Part shown: piece by piece, positions 1-14,427 of the stretch
Layout: each line of letters opens with the position of its first letter
How positions within the stretch are numbered: the stretch's first letter is position 1
DNA from: the human T2T-CHM13v2.0 reference genome, Homo sapiens
Direction: 5' to 3' (one strand)
Assembly: GCF_009914755.1 (NCBI RefSeq)
Contig: NC_060929.1
DNA: 64,000 bases
Translations under genes and position numbers: made by a program
Notes under the pieces: generated by a model
What the model was told of the DNA's origin: nothing
The model's input: only the letters and a program-made list of their open reading frames with translations
Databases searched by the model: none

Positions 1-4
1 TAAT

Positions 5-66
5 CTCTTCCTTCCTCCCTCCCTCCTTCCTTCCTTCCTCTCTTCTGCTTCCTCTTTTCTTTCTCC
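5..66. repeat. CT-rich low-complexity tract (TTCC/TCCC)n
   Basis: Pure pyrimidine run cttccttcctccctccctccttccttcc... Confidence 0.85.
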
Positions 67-424
67 TAAAATGTGTTGACCACTCACTCTGTGCGAGCAC
101 TGTTGTAGTCTCTTTTCAGTCAATTTTCTAACCTAATCTGCACAAATCTATGATCTAATCCGTTCCTGTTAGATTCTCTACTTTTTGGTTGTAAAGACCA
201 CCTTACTCCTCTTTGGATCCTAGGTACCTGACATGCTTATTCTTCCAAAAGAGTAAAACTTGGACCAAAATTTGTACACAACTGAAGTGTACACTTGTGT
301 TTGACATGTGGCTCACTCCAATATGATGGAAAAATTAATTTTGCCATTCTTATTCAGTCCGGTTATTATGTCCTAGCTCTGCGACTATCATCATGCATGG
401 CATGTCCTAGAACAGAGGATTTTC

Positions 425-543
425 AGAGAAAGAAAAGAGAGAGAGACAGGAAGGAAGGGAGGGAAGGAGGGAGGGAGGAAGGAAGGAAGGAAAAAGAAAT
501 AAAAGGAAAAAATGAGAGAGAAGGCAGTAGGAAGAAGAAAGGG
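425..543. repeat. GA-rich low-complexity tract (GGAA/GGGA)n
   Basis: Almost pure purine run. Confidence 0.9.
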
Positions 544-562
544 CGACTTGTCACCTCATACA

Positions 563-881
563 TTTTATTTTATTTATTTATTTATTTATTTTTGAGGCAG
601 AGTCTTGCTTTGTCGCCCAAGCTGGAGTGCAGTGGCACGATCTTGGCTCACTGCAACCTCTGCCCCCTGGGGTTCAAGAGATTCTCCTGCCTCAGCCTCC
701 CGAGTAGCTGGGATTACAGGCACCTGCCACCATGCCCAGCTAATTTTTGTATTTTTAGTAGAGATGGGGTTTCGCCATGTTCGCTAGGCTGGTCTCAAAC
801 TCCTGACCTCAGGTTATCTGCCCACCTTGGCCTCCCAAACCAAAGTACTGGGATTACAGGTGTGAGCCACCGCATCTGGCC
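563..881 (-). mobile_element. Alu (AluS-type, Sx-like), full length, (TTTA)n tail
   Basis: Reverse-complement Alu consensus gaggcagagtcttgc...gagccaccgcatctggcc; flanking repeat cacctcatac at 552-561 and 881-890. Confidence 0.96.
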
Positions 882-1599
882 ACCTCATACTTTTGATAAA
901 CTGTGAAGTGTGTCTCCTTTTCTATGCTGCTGCTTTTATTTTCTTATATCAACCAGCCAAAAGAACATTGGTTTCTTGAAGAACACCTGTCAATGTGCTG
1001 TACAAAATTGTGTATATTTTCAGAATAAGAAAGAGAAGCGTGTATGTGTTGGGATGGTGGAGGTAGAGGCAAGAGATTCCTTAAACCTTGCTCAACAACC
1101 CTAAAAGGGCATTTTTTTTTTCAAAATTACAACTTATTCCAAGAAATAGTTTCCCCCTTTCAAATAGTTTCCCCCTTGCAAATACTCTACCACTAAATTG
1201 GTTTGGATTCAAGTCCTAAATCTCAGCTACTGGGGAATTCAAATCTTGACTTCAGAAACCACCAGTGACCTACATGCTCATCATGGGAAGTGAAGGAGGC
1301 AGTTCAAAGCCCAGAGCCAGCAGTGACCAGGAAGAAGTCTCTTTAGGCTCAGGACGCCACTGATCCCATTTTGCAGGAATGTTGAAAATAGCAGCTTTCC
1401 CAGGCAAAGACCCCTAACTATACTTTTAGGTGATGCAACCCAAGCCAAGCGTCCTCACGTGGCAGGCTGTGGAGCCAAGGAAATTTCTGTCAGTTCTTCA
1501 ATCCTCCCTGAACTGTTTGGTCACTAGAAATCTGGAATCACAAATAAATTAGGAAAATTCACAGAGTACTGAAATGGTACTATCAGCTACACTTGGAAG

Positions 1600-1748
1600 G
1601 CATATCACATGCCAGGAATTAACCAACTTTCATTTTTCCAATTTTTATAACAAACATAGAAGATATATTATGGACAAGGAAATTGGGTCTCAGAGAGGCT
1701 AAGTAACGTGTTAAGTGGCAGAAGCAGAATTAGAACCCAGGTCTAGCA
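1600..1748 (-). mobile_element. MIR fragment
   Basis: Degenerate MIR core ggaaattgggtctcagagaggctaagtaac...agaacccaggtct. Confidence 0.6.
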
Positions 1749-1963
1749 CAGAGTTTCTCAACAAGATGCAATTTTGCCCCCTAGGGGACATTTGTAAGGC
1801 TTGGCAACATTTTTCATTGCTACAACTAGAGTGGGTGCTAGTAGTATCTAGTGGGTAGAGGTTAGGGATGCTCCTAAACACCCTATAATTCAAGGACAGT
1901 TCCCACAACACAGAATTCTGTAAGCCAAGATGTCAATAGAGCTGCTGAGGCTGAGAACCCCTG
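1749..1963 (+). mobile_element. MER20 (hAT-Charlie non-autonomous DNA transposon)
   Basis: cagagtttctcaac...ttttgccccctaggggacattt...tctagtgggtagagg...tgagaacccctg follows the MER20 consensus, with terminal inverted repeats. Confidence 0.88.
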
Positions 1964-3245
1964 GTCTTTTTGTTTCCAAGGCTGACTTTATAAAAAGCAT
2001 CCAGCATCTAGATGTACAGGAAAACAGATGAGACTGTGAAGGTGCGGCCAGGGGTAAAGGAGGACTGAAGGCAAGTCATTGACTTGTGGTGGAGAGTTCC
2101 ATTAGTTTGTAATAGAGGGGTGGGGAGGGAGCAGGGAATAAACATTCAAGCCAATACATTTCTGATCATTTATATTAACTCTCCCCCTTGTTAGCCCATG
2201 AATACCAGCCAGTATGATCGAGGATACAGAAGACCAGACCAGTGGAGCTAGACAAAACCAAGCATTCCAGTCCAGGGGCCTTTTGCTCTGGCCGCCTTCT
2301 GACCATTGCCTGCCTGCCTGCCTGGAGATTGATAGGGTAACCAGGCAGCCCATTAGACCTGCTTATCTCAGCACCCTGTGGCTGGCTGGCTGGGAACTGG
2401 CCCGCCAGTGTCTACTTCATCACAAGCTCAGCCTCTGGCTGTCAGCACCTGGAGCTGGGCCAGTGGGGCCCGGGTGGGGCAGCTGGTACCAGACACCCAG
2501 GCCTGCGCTCTGTGTCCTCCCCCTACTAATAAATGACTTTCCTGGCGCTGCCACCACATGGATCAGTGGCAGCACAGACTCCCTGTCGGCAAGACAGCCA
2601 TTTTTCTATGCCTGATTGCAGCATGAAAAACAGAAGTTCCCTTGGATTGTAGTTTTGTGTAAATGCTTTCTCACACATTTTCTCCATCATTAACTAGTCA
2701 TAAATCAATCCAGTAAGCAACTATTTTACCACCCTGTGCAGTTTTCCTCAAGCCCTTCCAGAATTGGGCTATGCTGGAGGAGTCACAAAGGGAATTCAAC
2801 AAGAGCCTGCATGCCTCTCTCAGCACGCCTTCCCCTCCACTCTCAACTGAAGATGTAGCTTTGCACAGGCCCCCACCCTGAGTGGATGTTGAGTGCTCCT
2901 TCCATGTGACTCCACAAATCTCTGCCCTTCCCCAACAGAGAATGCTCTGTACTGTATCTATTTGTTCACCTGTTTGTTTCTGCAGCAAGGTTGTGAATTT
3001 GAGGGTCTCTCTTGTCCACAGTTGCACGCTCAACATGTAGCAGTAGACCCGGTACTGATGGGTTGGTCAGATTAGATTAGTTAAATGAATAAGTGGGTGT
3101 GATATCTGTACAGAAATCCTTTATAGCAGCTACCTTTTGACATTCTCACTTGTAGGTGTCTGGCTCCTCTCCAAAACAAAGAGCTGGTTGTCGTCAGGGG
3201 TTATGTTTTGGTTCCTTTGTATTCCCAATGCCTAGAACATTAATA

Positions 3246-3332
3246 GGTCAGGCACGATGGCTCATACCTGTAATCCCATCACCTTGGGAGGCTGAGGTGG
3301 GAGGATCCCTTGAAACCAGGAGTTTAGGACCA
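3246..3332 (+). mobile_element. Alu/FLAM 5' fragment lacking poly(A), ending just after the B box
   Basis: ggtcaggcacgatggctcatacctgtaatccc...ggaggatcccttgaaaccaggagtttaggacca. Confidence 0.85.
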
Positions 3333-3580
3333 ATGCCCAGTACATTAATAGGATATGAAGTGGCTGAATAAGTGAAAAGAATAAATTGAAGTGATTAATG
3401 GATCTAGGTTTGAGACTGTCTTTATATTTTACTCCAATGTCAACACAGGGCACCAGAGGGTATACAACTGTATGTGTTTTATCAAAACTCACAAAACTGT
3501 CCACTAAACAGGGTGAACTTTTGCTGTATATAAAATAGCTTAATTTTTTAATGTGAAAGAGTATTTAAAAATTACCAGAA

Positions 3581-3909
<329 letters not shown>

Positions 3910-4463
3910 TCACTATAAAATTTTAAAGCAACTTCCTCCCTTAAAAATGTTGTACAAAAAAGATGTATGTTATTTTAGTTGCATCCCCTCACTATTGTAC
4001 CAGAAGGAACATTTAATAGCTATCTCTGGAATTCCAGTGTAATTTTATTTTATGTGGAAGCTCTTGGTAAAAAATGAGGCACTTCTAGCTCCTAAAGGCA
4101 TCATTCAGCTGCAGATATGTCTTCAGAGAGTAAATGTTCTTTTAGCAGGATATCACTCTATTAGATTTAAAAAATGATATGTGTTAGAATTCCTGAGTTT
4201 TAAAAATTGTTTTGCCTGAGGGATTTATTTACCTCTATCCCAACATGTTACATCATTTTTCCTGCATATGCTTGCAGGAATAGCTTTCTAGGGACATGGA
4301 GAGTTACTATGGGAATATATTAACAGAATATGTTCATATATTCATAAAAGCATTTCATAATATTTTAAAATCTCCAATTTTTGAATGGTAAAAATGAATA
4401 ATAAAGAGGGCACCAGATATCACGTCTTTAGTACAAAGCAGAAAATTTGTCATGGTGCTTCTT

Positions 4464-4789
<326 letters not shown>

Positions 4790-4892
4790 GTCATGGTGCT
4801 TCTTCTTTCAGTCTCCTATGACTCTTTCATCTAACCCCAAAATCGCCCATCTCTAAATCCTGTTGGCATTTTCAGTTTACATCTCTTGAGAC

Positions 4893-5254
4893 TGGGATCA
4901 TCAACCTATAGCAGCTGCAATCTAGGCCTCATGTAAAAATAAATGTAGCGTGAGTTTTGTGTGTGTGTGTGTGTGTGTGTGTGATTTTGTTTGACTTGCA
5001 GGTTTTTTAAGTTTTGAATTTGTTGTTAATATTTTCAAAATTGATAAATTTTTAAATTTTCTATACAGATACAGTGTTTGGGTTTCTGTTGAAAAATCAG
5101 AAAGATTTGGCAATGCTAGGTGCATGTACCCATGTGGCTAGAACCAAGTGGTGGCTGATTTCTGTAGAAGGGGCTTGTGCCCTCTAGCTTGCCAGCATTT
5201 TCACAATCATTTGTCACTTTCCTGGCCTTTGTGAGCTTTGATTTGCAACCACTG
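4893..5254 (-). mobile_element. MER102-like hAT-Charlie DNA transposon
   Basis: gaaaaatcagaaagatttggcaatgct...cctggcctttgtgagctttgatttgcaaccactg resembles reverse MER102. Confidence 0.65.
4958..4983. repeat. (TG)13 microsatellite
   Basis: Direct reading. Confidence 0.95.
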
Positions 5255-7439
5255 GCCTAAGGAATGGTCAGGTATATACAATATTGGTGCATACCTGATG
5301 TGGGTAAGCAGGCTGAAGTGATGGCTGAGAATTTCCTGACACATGTTGGACTAAAGAACTTTGTCATGAGTTAGCCAACCCCACAAAGCTGGAGGGAAGA
5401 CTCACAGGCTTGGATAATCAGGAAGTGTCTGTGGAGGTTGCAGATGGCTGCTGGATGATCTGGATGACAGTGGACAGGGATGTTCCAAGAGGGGGCAACG
5501 GCAATTTTTGTATTAACAACATACTGGTATCATCTGGGAACCCTAAGTCATGACCTCTGACATGACCTATGTCGTGGGGATTTCCTTCTACAAAGCATTC
5601 AAAGCAATCAGAACCACATGACAACAGGGATCTCACTGTGCTACATTGTTTCAAGGGCTGCAGGTTCTCATCAATATCATGGCTACCTTCTGAGACTGGA
5701 GCAGAGTCTCTGGCTTCAGAAACCTTCACAGTTTCCTCATTTTGACAACTATTCATAGCCTGTCTGGCATTGGCTTCCAGTGTGTGTTTTATTTCTTCAA
5801 TAAAATAGTTACTTTCCTGTGGGCAGGTGAAACACCTTCCATTTCACTGTTACTTTCTATGACAAATTACTGTGTGTTTGGTATATAGTTCATACTCCCT
5901 ATCTGTTCTATATTGAATTAGTAGACTGTTTTCAGTGCCTGAGTAAGATCTTAAAGACAAAATGGCTGAACAATGATGATGGGAACTGCAGCTGGAGCCA
6001 CAGAATAATAAGCTGGGCCCCTGCTATGTTTTCCATGATAGCTGGGGCTACCTACAAATTTGGCTAAGGATTCCACAAAGAGAAGATTTCAGATGTTTAC
6101 CTACAGCATTCTAAAATCTAACTATCAGATAGTTGTGGAAGTGGTACAAGGTCTCACCTGATTACACCTGAGAACAGGTATTAGGTGGCTCTAATATTCT
6201 GCATTGGATTTTGAGGCTAAAAGACTTCTGAAGGTAAGTCTTCTCTCTGAAGACTGCATAGTTTCAAACAACTCCCAACAAACTATCAAAGGGGATTTAT
6301 ACCTACACTCATCTAGGATTCTAATAGAAATTAGCTCAAAGAACCAAGAGGAGGAAGAGCCTTCCGCTGGTGTAAATGCTGATGGATCAGCCTTGCTGCT
6401 CATTAGCGTACACCCTGCCTTCTAATTATGCCCTAATTTGTGCTGTGCAAACATCTCCTAACAATTCCTCCACCAACAGCTTTTCTAATTAGTAAGAAAA
6501 TCAGTGGCAGATGTGAAATTCGTGGGATGCTAAATGTAAAATGTTAATTAATTTTAAAAACTTTGAAGCCATGTGAAAAGCCTTTTCTGGGAAAACTTTG
6601 GTTGATGTCCTCATTAACAGAGACCCTGAAATAGCTCTTCCTTTTATCCTGCTACACTTTGAATCTACCTTTTACCATTTCTGGAATCTTCTCGGGACTG
6701 AAGTTATTTTGGGTGTTTATGATGCTTACATGTCATGGACAAAATCACGGCTTTGCTGGACCTAGAATCGGTTATTCTAACACCCTTGACCAAACATCTA
6801 ACTGTCTTGTCTGAGCCTGGGGACCAGCAGTGTCCCAGCGCTGCCTTCCCCAGAGCAATGTCAGCCAAGTCACAGAGTCTGTGAGTTTGTCACAGTAAGT
6901 GATGAGGGCCTCGGTCTCCCCTTAGCGGGCTTCATCTTATCTTGCATTCCAAAAGTTTCCAAGACCCTTGTAGTTGCTCTTGCGAATTTGAGCAGAATTG
7001 CCCTCAAAGATGGGAGCACTCTGCCTCCGCGTTTGATAGGCCTCATGCTTCAGGGGCCAGCTGCTCAATAGCTTAGGTCCACAACAGCAACAACAAAAGG
7101 CTATAAGACCTAACAATAGAGAGAACTAGTTTTATCCCTATTACAAAATTGCTAAAAACAAATTCCTATCCCAGGAATGCAGAGCAGCCAGCATTCTCTG
7201 TGAAACACATAAAGTCTTCCTGTGAGGCAGAAGGGATACAGCTCAGCCTGCATTTGTTCCTGCAGCATCCCCTGCTGTCACTTTGGAGGACACCAGCTGG
7301 CTGTGGCCTGACATTGGCATTCTTTTCCTAGCTTGATCTCGGCCATCACCTCCTTCCAACACCTCCACCGCTGAAGTTAAAGGAAAGGTCCTTATTGCAC
7401 AAGTGTGAGAATTCTCCCAAGCCAAGGATTTTGCTCTTA

Positions 7440-7469
7440 GTTTTTTTGTTTTTTGTTTTTTGTTTTTTG
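7440..7469. repeat. (TTTTTTG)n simple repeat
   Basis: Direct reading. Confidence 0.85.
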
Positions 7470-7555
7470 TACAGCCCCTTTCATTGCAGTCACTTGTGTT
7501 TTAAAACCTAAACATGTTTCTTCCGCACTAGATCAGAAATAATTATCAACACTGA

Positions 7556-7780
7556 ATATGGTCCTTAGTATGCCCTAAGCACTCTTTAAAGCACTTGACA
7601 TTGATTACATTTAATTGCATTAATTGACATTTAAGCCTTTCATTAACAACTCTGTTAGGTGAGTGCTGTTACCATCCCCATTTTACAAGTGGGAAAACCC
7701 AGGCATTGAGAGGTTCAATGGCAAGCCCAGGTCACACAATGGCACAGCTGGGATTCAAACCCAGGTAGTCTGGCTCCAGA
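7556..7780 (-). mobile_element. MIR
   Basis: ccccattttacaagtgggaaaaccc...gggattcaaacccaggtagtctggctccaga. Confidence 0.8.
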
Positions 7781-8571
7781 GGGAAAATGAGACAGGGACA
7801 CTGCAGGATTGTCCCTGAAAGCTCTCCTCTAATTTCTAATGCAATCCCCAGACTCACTAGATATGCCCTACCTCTCTCCCCTCAAGGTGACTTCTTCCTG
7901 TGTGCCTGCACCTACCTCCTTGGTTGGAAAGGGAACCCTTGCTGACTGTACTTCCCCGGCACCCCAGGTCCCCACTCACCCAAGAACATCACTGGGTTCT
8001 TGGGCTGACTCATAGCCACTGCCTGACCCTTAAGTTATTCCCAGAGGGCTCTGGATGTTGGACAAATAGAACACTGGTGGCTTCCTTCTAAGTCCCTTGC
8101 CATAGATGTAGAGACAGATTCTTCCCACTGACCCCAGACCAGCCCTCCCCTTTCCTATGAGTTCATTCACCTCTTTTCACAAAGACAACCCTTTTAAGGC
8201 TTTCCTTAGTGTTGACTGTTGACTTGAGTTCATGTGTATACGTGTGTGAATGATGACCTAGGTTTGAGGTCTCTGATGGATGGCAGAGGACTTCAGCCCC
8301 CTGTGTAAATGAAAGGGATTTCAAAGAGAATGGGGTCAGGTTTACAGTTCTGAAGAGGATGGCTGTTTGCAAAAATACTTGTTGTGGCTTGAATGTCTGT
8401 ATCCATGGTTTTTCTGACCCTTGAAAGCCAGTCAAACTGCTCAGATTCCAAGTCTACTCTGTACTTAAGTTGCTTTTTAGCTTGCATAGCTTAGCAAATT
8501 TTGCATCAAAGTACAGGGGAAAAATCTAAATATCTAGCAGCATGCAATTGTGTAGCAAAGTATTCTTAAGG

Positions 8572-8746
8572 CAGTAGTTCTCAACCTTGGCTGCACATCA
8601 TCATCTTCTGGAGAGCTTCTATAAATCTCCATGCCAGGACACACCCTGGATCAATTACATCAGAACCTTGGAGGGTGGGGACCCAGCTTTGACATTTTTT
8701 AAAGCTCTCCAGGCAATTCCAATTTGCAGCCAATTCTGAAAATCTC
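8572..8746 (+). mobile_element. MER5A1-like hAT-Charlie MITE
   Basis: cagtagttctcaaccttggctgcacat...catcagaacc...aaagctctccaggcaattcc. Confidence 0.8.
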
Positions 8747-8884
8747 TTTTGTAAAGAAGGGACATGGACTTCCTTCTAACCCCATTGCTTCAGCAATTAC
8801 AGTTAGCAAGTTTTCTCCCTTGATACTGGGCTTGAATTTACTCTGAGAGTGAGAAGCTCAGCTCGGATTGGAGTTGATATGTAA

Positions 8885-9105
8885 CATATATATGGAGGGC
8901 TTCCTCTGAGCAAATATTTGCTAGGTGTTTCATGCAGATGGTCTTTTTAATTATCATAGGAACATTGTGGGTGGGGAGGAGCAAATCTGATTCCCATTTT
9001 ACAGAGGAAGAGACTAAGGCTCAGAAAATCCAAGTAATTTGCCCGAAGTCAAACAGTACAAAAGTAGTAGAATCAGAATTTGGCCTGAAGAGTCAGACTC
9101 TAGAA
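8885..9105 (-). mobile_element. MIR
   Basis: cccattttacagaggaagagactaaggctcagaaa. Confidence 0.7.
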
Positions 9106-9409
9106 TCTCCCTGAGAAAGAAATTTCTGAATTCTTCTGGTGACTAGGGTGTGAAAAGATTTTATGTTTTTTGTATGTTTTTACCGTCTAGGATCTGATTT
9201 GAAACCATGAGCTGTGAATTCCCATGTGGAAACTGAATCCTAACAGACACACCCCATCCTTTCCTGCCTAATGCCTCATTTCCAGATGCTTTGGTCTTGT
9301 TGGAAAAGCTGTGCTCCCTACTGCTTAAGAGTGTCTTCACAGATTCTGCTTCCAGAGCCCTCTGTCAATGGTGCCCCTGTGAAGGCCCAAATCAAAACGA
9401 CAGCAGTGT

Positions 9410-9610
9410 GCCTTCTCTCTGCCAGGCACAGTGCAAAGTGCCAATGTACGGTATCTCATTTATTCCTCACGGCAACCTCTGAGCTACTTGCACGCTCCTT
9501 CTCATTTTACAGATGAGGAAACAGACGCAGAGTTTCAATCGTGCACTGGATGCCTCATAGTTAACAGTGGCGCTGACACTCAAACCCAGGCAGTTGAATT
9601 CAGAGCATGT
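9410..9610 (-). mobile_element. MIR
   Basis: cattttacagatgaggaaacagacgcagag. Confidence 0.75.
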
Positions 9611-10494
9611 GCTGTGAGTGGGGTTATATACTGCCACCCCAACCGAGGCTAACCTTAGAGTCCTCAAAGGGAAAGACTGAGAATTTTTTGTTTGTTTTAA
9701 TCAGTGTGGCTTCTGCTTCTCAGAAAAAAAAAAAAAAAAACGGGGATGACCACAGCCTGTGCTGCAGTCCCGAGATAGTAAGACTGGTCACCAGAGGGAG
9801 ACAGAGCTTGAGACATCACGGACCCTCCTTTTTCAGCATCTCATTCGGCAAAGCACAGAGCCTGGAGGAAAACAACTGCAGACAGAATCCTTTGTTTTGG
9901 TTTAATTTCTTCTACTGCTGCTTTTCATTCCTCTCCTTCTCCGTCTTCCTTTTCTCCTTCCTCTTCCTCTTCTCTTCCTCTTTCCCCATTTTTTTTTTCT
10001 ATCTTTGTTTCTAAGTCACCAGTGGCTGCTTTACCAGAGGGTGCAATCCAAAGGAGAAATTAGAGGTTAAATCTCCTCCCTCTGCCCAGAGCCTGAAGTC
10101 TGGGAAAACACACTACTTTCTGAGTTACAGTACACTCATGAACAGAGTTCCCAGAACTCCTGTGTCAGATCCCAGCGTTCTTGGCAGAAACTCAGAAGCA
10201 ACACTAGATACATATTTTTTTTAAGGGAAGAAATTGCACATTGCCAAGGCAAAACAGGATTTGATGTGAAATTGATCTGTATAATTTTTGCCATGAAATT
10301 TCAATTTGGAGTTTTAGATATCAAAATGCTCCATATAAATAATGGACATGTGAAATCGATTCAAAAATTTTAAGGGTATGTGAAATTATACTCATGCCAT
10401 CAGAAGTCTATTTTTAAAGAACTGATTACCTAGTTTCTGGATTTTAAACTTTCTTACAGCTTCTCATTAGAATAGTTGCCACACGATGGGAAAG

Positions 10495-11112
<618 letters not shown>

Positions 11113-11499
11113 TCAATAGAATTAACACAAAATTTGCTCTTGAGTCACAGATCTGCTTAAAGAAGAGGTTTAGGCTAGTGACAGTGAGCTCCTCGAGAGA
11201 AAGAACTTGATTTTATTAACTTAGACATCTCTGAAGGCTCTCAGAGAATGTTAGCTTTAGTAAGATGCTCACTATATATTTCTCAGATTGATTAATGGAT
11301 GACAAATTTGTGATTACCTGGTTTCCTCAACACAAACCCCATGCCTACAAAGAAAGGCCAACCCTTGCCAAACCAGTAGGTAGCCCACCCAAGAAGACAG
11401 GTGTGCAAGAGGAGGACCTGATCAAACACACTACCTCAAAGAACCACAGTAGTAATCAGTCCACTAATTCTTCCCCTCACTATTTTCTGCCTAATGACT

Positions 11500-11960
11500 T
11501 GTGCTGGTCAGGAATTATTTATTTAAAAATAACAAAAACCTACCCAAACTAGGCTAAAGGGGAGGGCGGAGATGACACTGGAAGGACTCAAGGGTCTTAC
11601 ACAGAATCAAGGGCTGGAAGCATCATCCACCTTCTAGAGAAGGCCTGGGAGTAGTAACAGAAACACAGTAAGGAAGTTAAGCAACCTTGATTTGCCCCTA
11701 CTTCTCATCCCCTTGACACACGTCCTTTTCCCCCCATACATCTGCCTCTCTTTCCCTGCAGATCAGCTTTATCTGCCTCATTGTCTGTGATGGAGAAAGT
11801 GGCTGTTCTAAGCAGTCCTACCTGTCCTCTGAACTCAAGGTCCTGACTGTCACTGTGTACCAAATCCTTTTCCCCAAACTCAGAACCTGGCCTGGGTTCG
11901 GTCAAGTGTTAACTTCTAATCTAAACAGCTGTGGCCAGAGGACTGAGGTTACTTGCCATT
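11500..11960. mobile_element. Old MaLR LTR fragment (MLT1K/L-like)
   Basis: Weak similarity to recalled MLT1 motifs (ccaaactaggctaaag; aacagctgtggccagagg). Confidence 0.4.
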
Positions 11961-13059
11961 ACTCATTGAGCAGGCCCACCCTATCCCTTAGGGACAGTCA
12001 TCTGTATAAATGAATCTCTCATTGGTAGATACTGCTGGTATGGGCCTAAAGGGTACCACAGTTCACTCTGATCTCATTAATCTTGATGGAATAAGACTAA
12101 CACATTGAAGAAATGGATTCAATAATTATAAGCGTCTGTAATTTTAGTCCCTGTATTTAAAATTACAAAAGTGGCTCAACACTTCTTTCCTGTAAATAAG
12201 TGGTTTTGTTGATATGAATTTTGCCATGGGAAAATAATTGCATATGGACATTTTTGACAATATCTTGAGGTATGTTTCAAGTTGCCTGAGACTGTATATC
12301 TTCTGTGCATCTTTCTGTAGCATTCAGAATATGTGATCACAAAATTGCAATTTAAGAATGTGTGCATTTCTTCTGGAATGATGGGGAGTCCTGAGTGAGA
12401 AAGCAATAGTTAGAAACTATGCCAGGTTAAAGGTAAAGGCATGGTTGAAGCCAAACAGACTGGAGCTTTGACAGTGATTCGATGAGATGGCTTCAGGTCC
12501 AAAGTGACAGTGTTTGGCTAATGCTGAAGGGATTCCACACTTTAAACTTCTTTTACATGGTTGTGCACAAATGCCACGATGACCTCCAAAGAATGATAAC
12601 ACATAGGAGTCCTAAAACATTGTCACCTAATTTGGTGAACATAAATGCATACAAATGCAGTGACAGTGATCTAGACTTCTAAATATTTGACTCAGGTAAA
12701 AATTCAGGAATAGAATAGAGGCCAAGTTTCTGCTTTTATTCATCTTAATTTATGCCCAAATTCATCATATGGCTCAGACCTTATCCCAGTGGTGTGTTAA
12801 CTATGCCCACATTTCTATTTGTTTTAAGATAGGCGTTTGCAAGTCCTTTGTCACCAAATTCAAAGGTAGGGTACTACCACAAGATTAAAATGCCTGCAAC
12901 AAAGTACTCTCACATTCATCAAAAATGATTAGCTATAATTTGCATCAAATCTTACTTCATTGTTTTTATTTATTACCCAATAAGCCATAATCTTATGAAA
13001 AACAGCTTTCAAGATACCTCATTAATCTAATTTTTGTTTTATTTAATAAATATTTTATT

Positions 13060-13220
13060 TTACTTAAACATTTACACATGTAAGCATTTTTAAAACACTA
13101 ATTTAATCATAACAACAGGACTACCAGATGAGTAAGTAATATTATCCCCATTTAGCAGATAAGGAAGCTGAGGCCCAGAGAGGCTAAGTAATATGCCCAA
13201 GGTTACAAGTTAGTGAGTGG
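13060..13220 (-). mobile_element. MIR
   Basis: attatccccatttagcagataaggaagctgaggcccagagaggctaagtaa. Confidence 0.8.
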
Positions 13221-14427
13221 TTTAACAAATAACAGCATTAGAGTGTGTTTTATCAACATCTTCTGAAGGTTCCCCTACACAAACAGTCCTCTTTAATATA
13301 ATATTAAAAATTCTAAAGTTCTTTCCTGTTGTCATATTTGATTCTCAACACCCCATGAGGTTAGCCTTAGGTAACCTCATCTGTTTACAGAAGAGACAGG
13401 ATCCCAGATGTTAGAAGATTTCCCAAGGCTGTGCAAGCTGGTAAGAGATCTAATTAGGATATAGTCAGAACTGACTCTTCTGACTCCTCCTGGTTCAATT
13501 TCTTGCTACTAATCCACAAATCTAATATGATATTCTGGTTGTCAGCTTGCTAAAATGGCAAGGCCTTCATTAGCCTGAAGATGTCCTCATATAAATAAAT
13601 GCAGCTCTTGCTACATATAAAACACTTACCTGGTCTCTTGAGCTAATTCTTGTTGAGGAGAGGAGGGTCTACCTATCAGCAACTGAACCTTTTTCTGGCA
13701 GAGATAACTTTCCCCATTAAAATAACACATTTTCTAGGATGGTCAGGGATGCCAGCTGAGCTCTGATGCTCCTTCCCTCTCATCATTTTTGCCCCACCAA
13801 ATGGACCACCAAATCCCAAAGCAGGTTCATTCCACTGATGAGTTCTGCGACTGCCCTACGCCCTGAAGTGCCAAACCTAGTGCTCAGGAATGTGGAAGAT
13901 GAAAGTTGTAGGAACTCTGTTATTGGTTTTGTTGTTTTTGCTTGTTTGTTTTGCTCTCTTCTCTAGTTCCGTATCAGGAGTTTTCTAGCTCCATGAAATA
14001 AGGTAGAAACTTTTCCTTTTCTTTTTTTTTTTCTTTTTTTGCTCTGAAATACTTTTTAAAATACATATTTGATAAGCTCTCTGTCATAAAACTACTAGGG
14101 TTTTAACTATGTTTTTCAATTATTTCAAAAATTACTTGTTGATTCTCATGTTTATTTCTTCTTAATTTTAGTCTTTTATAATTTTTGCATATATTCTGTA
14201 AGTCAAGAGCCTAGAGTTTATTATGAAAGGCTTCGTGATGATAATGCTTTTGTCGATTCACAGGCTTCACAGGGGCAGGAAGATTCCCATGCAAGGAAGA
14301 ACCCCTCAGTTCACACTGAGGATGGTGGTTCTTTGAGGGGAAGTAAAGGTCCAGTGAGACCATCCTTGGATGAAGGATTGTGGCATTGAAGCTTCACATA
14401 GGATCTCCATCCAGCTCCTTCACGTTA

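Noticed and set aside
295-906. 203-aa ORF
   Set aside because: Non-ATG start; made of a GA-rich tract plus an antisense Alu translation (LSPKLECSG..., [13 protein letters not shown])
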